NCBI GenBank assembly: GCA_964016885.1
Contig: OZ024743.1
Location: 300,514,001-300,578,000 of the forward strand
Reading direction: 5' to 3'
DNA from: Eledone cirrhosa
Taxonomy: Eukaryota
DNA length: 64,000 bases
Made by a program: the position numbers and the translations under genes. Shown piece by piece: positions 60,433 to 64,000 of the stretch. Under the pieces are notes generated by a model. The model was not told where the DNA came from, did no database searches, and saw nothing but the letters and a program-made list of their open reading frames with translations. Each line of letters opens with the position of its first letter. The stretch's first letter is position 1.

Positions 60433-63400
60433 TATATTTATTTATTAGCCACAAACGCGCACCAGAAAAGGGGACAAAACAAAGACATGCCGGGGAATTT
60501 ACATACAATCGTGTAAAAAATATAAAACAAACAATTATAACAATCGAAATCCCCAATAGTGGGGGGAGGGGGGCTCCACAAATGGTTTGTGTAATACCCC
60601 ATCGATAGAACAACCCTCAACTCCAGGAGCGTGTTGTGCAAGTGCCCTTTCTGCCTTTTGCTCTCTTCTTTAAGCTACAGGCTTATATTTAGAGAAGGCC
60701 CAATCACTCGGGCCATTTTCGCTTCATTCACCCACCTTTCAGTAAATTTACTGGAGTGCAGTGCCTGTCTCTCCTCTCTGATTCTCCTTCTAAAGAGATA
60801 CTTAAAGAAGGGAATCAATTGTTGTCCGGAGAGAAAGGCATCTGTCCTCAATCTTCTCAATCTCGTCCACCATATAACTTCTTTCACCATAGACACTGTA
60901 CAGAGGAAAACCGCCTCTCTTTCCTTTTTGAAAGAGGCTGGCGGTTTGGTCCTTACTATGGGACACGTCAGTCAACTGGATTTGTCCCAGTTGCGACCGC
61001 AGTTGTTCTGCATAGTTCCACAGGTCGTTTACGCCCGGGCAGTGTACAATTGCGTGCAAGACGGTTTCAATGTCCTGCTCGCATCTTGGACACATCCTCT
61101 TGGAAGGATCCTGCCGGGCGTCCCTGCCTGTAGATCTTATCTCGAACGGGTAGAGCTCCTCGGTTGCACTGCCAGGCCAGGGACCTCTGGAAGATGTCCA
61201 TAGGTCCCGGGCGGAAAGTCCTGCCGAAGAGACTGGTGAGCATGTCGTTATCGGTGCACGTCGTCGCACTTGAAAAGATCTAACCCTCCATAGAATGTCA
61301 AAGTGGAGTCTCCGCTTGACAGAGGACTGTGAGCCCTTGGGCGCATTCAATGTGCCAGGCGCCCATCTTCTTCGGTCTTCGCTTGACCCAGGACTGCAGC
61401 TCCGTCAGCGAGACAAGTTGTGGGAAAGCCTGTCTCCCACACGGTGCCCACACCGGTTGGTCTGTGAGGAATACCTGGAAATGCCGTAGCCTCAGCGCAT
61501 GTTTGAGCATCATTAGTCACGGCATGCCCAGCCCTTCATTGGATGGGTGTTGACAGTAGTCGGATCTCCTCATCAGTTGAGCCTGTTTCTTCCACAGGAA
61601 CTGGAAGAGCATGCGTTCCATTTTGGTGAGGTATTCACGGGGACAAGGCACGACAGTCAAGCGTAAGTAGATGACGGACGCTATGAAAGAGTTCGCCACC
61701 TCCGCTCGACCTTTCAAAGACAGCTTGACATCTGCCCACTTCTGGGTGAGCGCAAATACCTTGCCCATGATCTCGTTGCAGTTTTTCTCCACCTGGATGT
61801 CTGGATCGAACCAGACCCCGAGCAATTTCACCGGTCCTTCCGTCCAGCGTCCGACAACGCTATCGGACGGCATCGGTTTGCCTCTCCACGTTCCGAGTTA
61901 CAAACGGACAGACTTTTCCGGGTTCAGTTTTGCTCCTGTGAAACTTTCGGATTCCTGTAGTAGGTTGCCGATTACCTCGATTTCCGAGGTTTTCGACACC
62001 ATTACCGTCATGTCGTTGGCATAAGCCGACGCCGCTTTTCGCAGTCCTGGTTCTAAAGGGATGCCAGAAAAAGCTCCAACTTCCGCAGTAGTGATTCTAG
62101 AGTCAATACGTACAGAATGGAGGAGATAGGGCATCCCTGTTGAATAGAACGCGTGATTGCACACGGCTCCGATAGGTAGCCGTTCACCTTGACCTTCGAG
62201 CAGATGCTGGTGTGCATCGCCTTGATCAGCCTCTGAAAACGGGACCGAAAACGGTCGCCTTGAGGACCGCTCCCAATATTCGATGGTCGACCCTATCGAA
62301 TGCCTTAGATTCATCTATATTGATCAGAGCCCCACCGAAGCCGGGTGTACACCCCACCCTCTCTATGATGTATCGCAAGAGGTGAAGGTTGTCGTGTATG
62401 TACCTGGACGGGATTGCACACGTTTGCGCTTTCCCTACCTGGTTTTCGACGACAAGCGCCAGCCTCGTTGCTAGCACCTTGGCAAAAATCTTGAGCAGAG
62501 TTATGGGTCTGAAATTGTTTATTTCGTCCCCCTTGTTCTCGTCTTTCATGATCAGCGTCACTACGCCCTTGCCTGCATAATTGCGAATTGTCCCGTTCTG
62601 CTGCCAATTGCAGTAGACGCCGTCGAGGAAGCCAGAGAACAAGTCTGGCATGACTATGTAAAACTCATAGGGTAGACCGTCTAGACCGGGTGATTTGCGT
62701 TTCCCGCAGCGGCCCAGAGCCTCCCGTATCTCAGTGGCTGTGATCGGTCCTTCGCAGAACTTGGCGTCCATCCTCGAAAGACGCGACAGGCCGTCAAGAT
62801 ATGAACCAAAGTCCATTGCCCCGTTCGGTGCACCGTCGTTCTGCTCAAACAGTCGCGCAAAGTGCCGCTGAAAGGCCGCGCAGATCTGCCTGGGGTCAAG
62901 TAGCACGCGTCCGCTTTGGTCTTTCAAAGACCGAATCGTGGACTTGTTACCACTATTCGTTTCCGCCACTCGGGCCCAGTCATCAGTTTCCTAGGGCACG
63001 TCATTTAGACCACGCAGCCTTCATGTTTCGCGTCGAAGAACTGGTCCAGTGCCGTTCTCGATGCTAGCACTCTATCTGCGTTGCCATTCCTAAGCGCCTC
63101 TTCTACCTTGGCTAGTAGTTCTGTTTCGAATGTGTTTCTCTCTAAAGCTAATTCTCTGCAAAACCCTATCGATTCTACTCTAATTGCTCTTTTGAGAGAG
63201 TACCACCATCTATTGTTGACGATGGCTCCCGTCAAATCTTGCTTAACTAATCTACTTATCCGTTCACTGTAGGCTTTTCGTGCCGGCAACGACACGTTCA
63301 GCTTCCAGTATCCGGGTCCTTGTCTATGTATTCTATAATGGTTGACTATGCAGACGACTAGTTTGTGATCTGAATAGGCAACCATGTGCATTTGTGGACA

Positions 63401-64000
63401 GCTTAACATCTACTTGTACTTCTCTCTAATGAAAAACCTATCTAGATACGATCTAGATGTCGCGCTGCGGTTTGCCCATGTTCACTGTGGTGCAGTCGGG
63501 GAATCTAGTCGATAACTGTCGGCCAGTTGGAATTGGCCGATTAGATTTTTGAGGCTGTTGCACCCCCCCCCCCTACTGGGACATACACCCACATAGTTCC
63601 ATCGTGCGTCTAGGATACCATTCCAGTCCCCCACTAAAAGCAAGATGCGAGATGTGAGTTTTGGTGGTTTTGTGGTGTCTCTCTTTTTGTGTTTTGGATT
63701 TCCAAGGCTCTCTTCTTCTTCACTTAAAGAAGGAGGAGCAGCCTCATCTGTTGAGGAATAATCATCATCAGGAGTGTGGGGTAGGGTTATGTTCGGTGGT
63801 GATGGTGTTTTGGTGTTTGTTTGTGGTAGTGTTGGATTGAGTGAGGTGGTGTGGGGCTTTATTCTTCAGGGGTGCTGTCTGTGTTTTTTCTGTTGTTTGT
63901 GGTTGAGTGGTTGTCTCTTTGGGTGTGTTTGCTTGTTTTGTGTGTTGTTGTGGTGGTGGTGATTGTTTTGGTGTTGGTGTTGGTAAAAGTACTTTCTTTT
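60433..64000 (-). mobile_element. L1/Tx1-clade element, decayed, internally deleted; runs off the right edge
   Basis: Minus ORFs carry SDHK, GPGYWKLN, KSPGLDGLPYE, DESKAFDRVDH, CPRC..HC. At ~63657 the endonuclease abuts T/P/K-rich ORF1-like sequence. 3' end TGTGGCTAATAAA at ~60440. Confidence 0.93.

Overview
AT-rich eukaryotic (animal) DNA made almost entirely of retroelement debris separated by (TA)n, (CA)n, (TATC)n and (CAT)n microsatellites. The tRNA-derived SINE family and microsatellite load suggest a cephalopod, probably Octopus; this is an inference. Contents: (i) a ~1.4-1.6 kb tandem macro-repeat at the left edge, built from Penelope-like element (PLE) termini; (ii) about ten decayed PLEs with RT and/or GIY-YIG remnants, mostly with Naiad-like motifs (GLYxDD, CNCR..CPL..C zinc knuckle) plus a YVDD Poseidon/Neptune-like family, many with inverted 5' pseudo-LTRs; (iii) four L1/Tx1-clade non-LTR retrotransposons, one with an almost intact ORF2; (iv) several SINE copies. 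Reading the non-coding DNA reveals about 15 type I hammerhead ribozyme (HHR) motifs, intact or decayed. Two stand out: a canonical HHR inside a 506-bp non-coding, circularly permuted, retrozyme-like unit present as an inverted pair (18.8-19.9 kb), and a 118-bp-arm fold-back whose apex lies exactly at HHR helix III/cleavage site (28.46-28.70 kb). No intact host gene is supported; a possible class C GPCR-like remnant lies near 54.3-55.4 kb. Most listed ORFs are microsatellite translations or antisense shadows of LINE ORFs.
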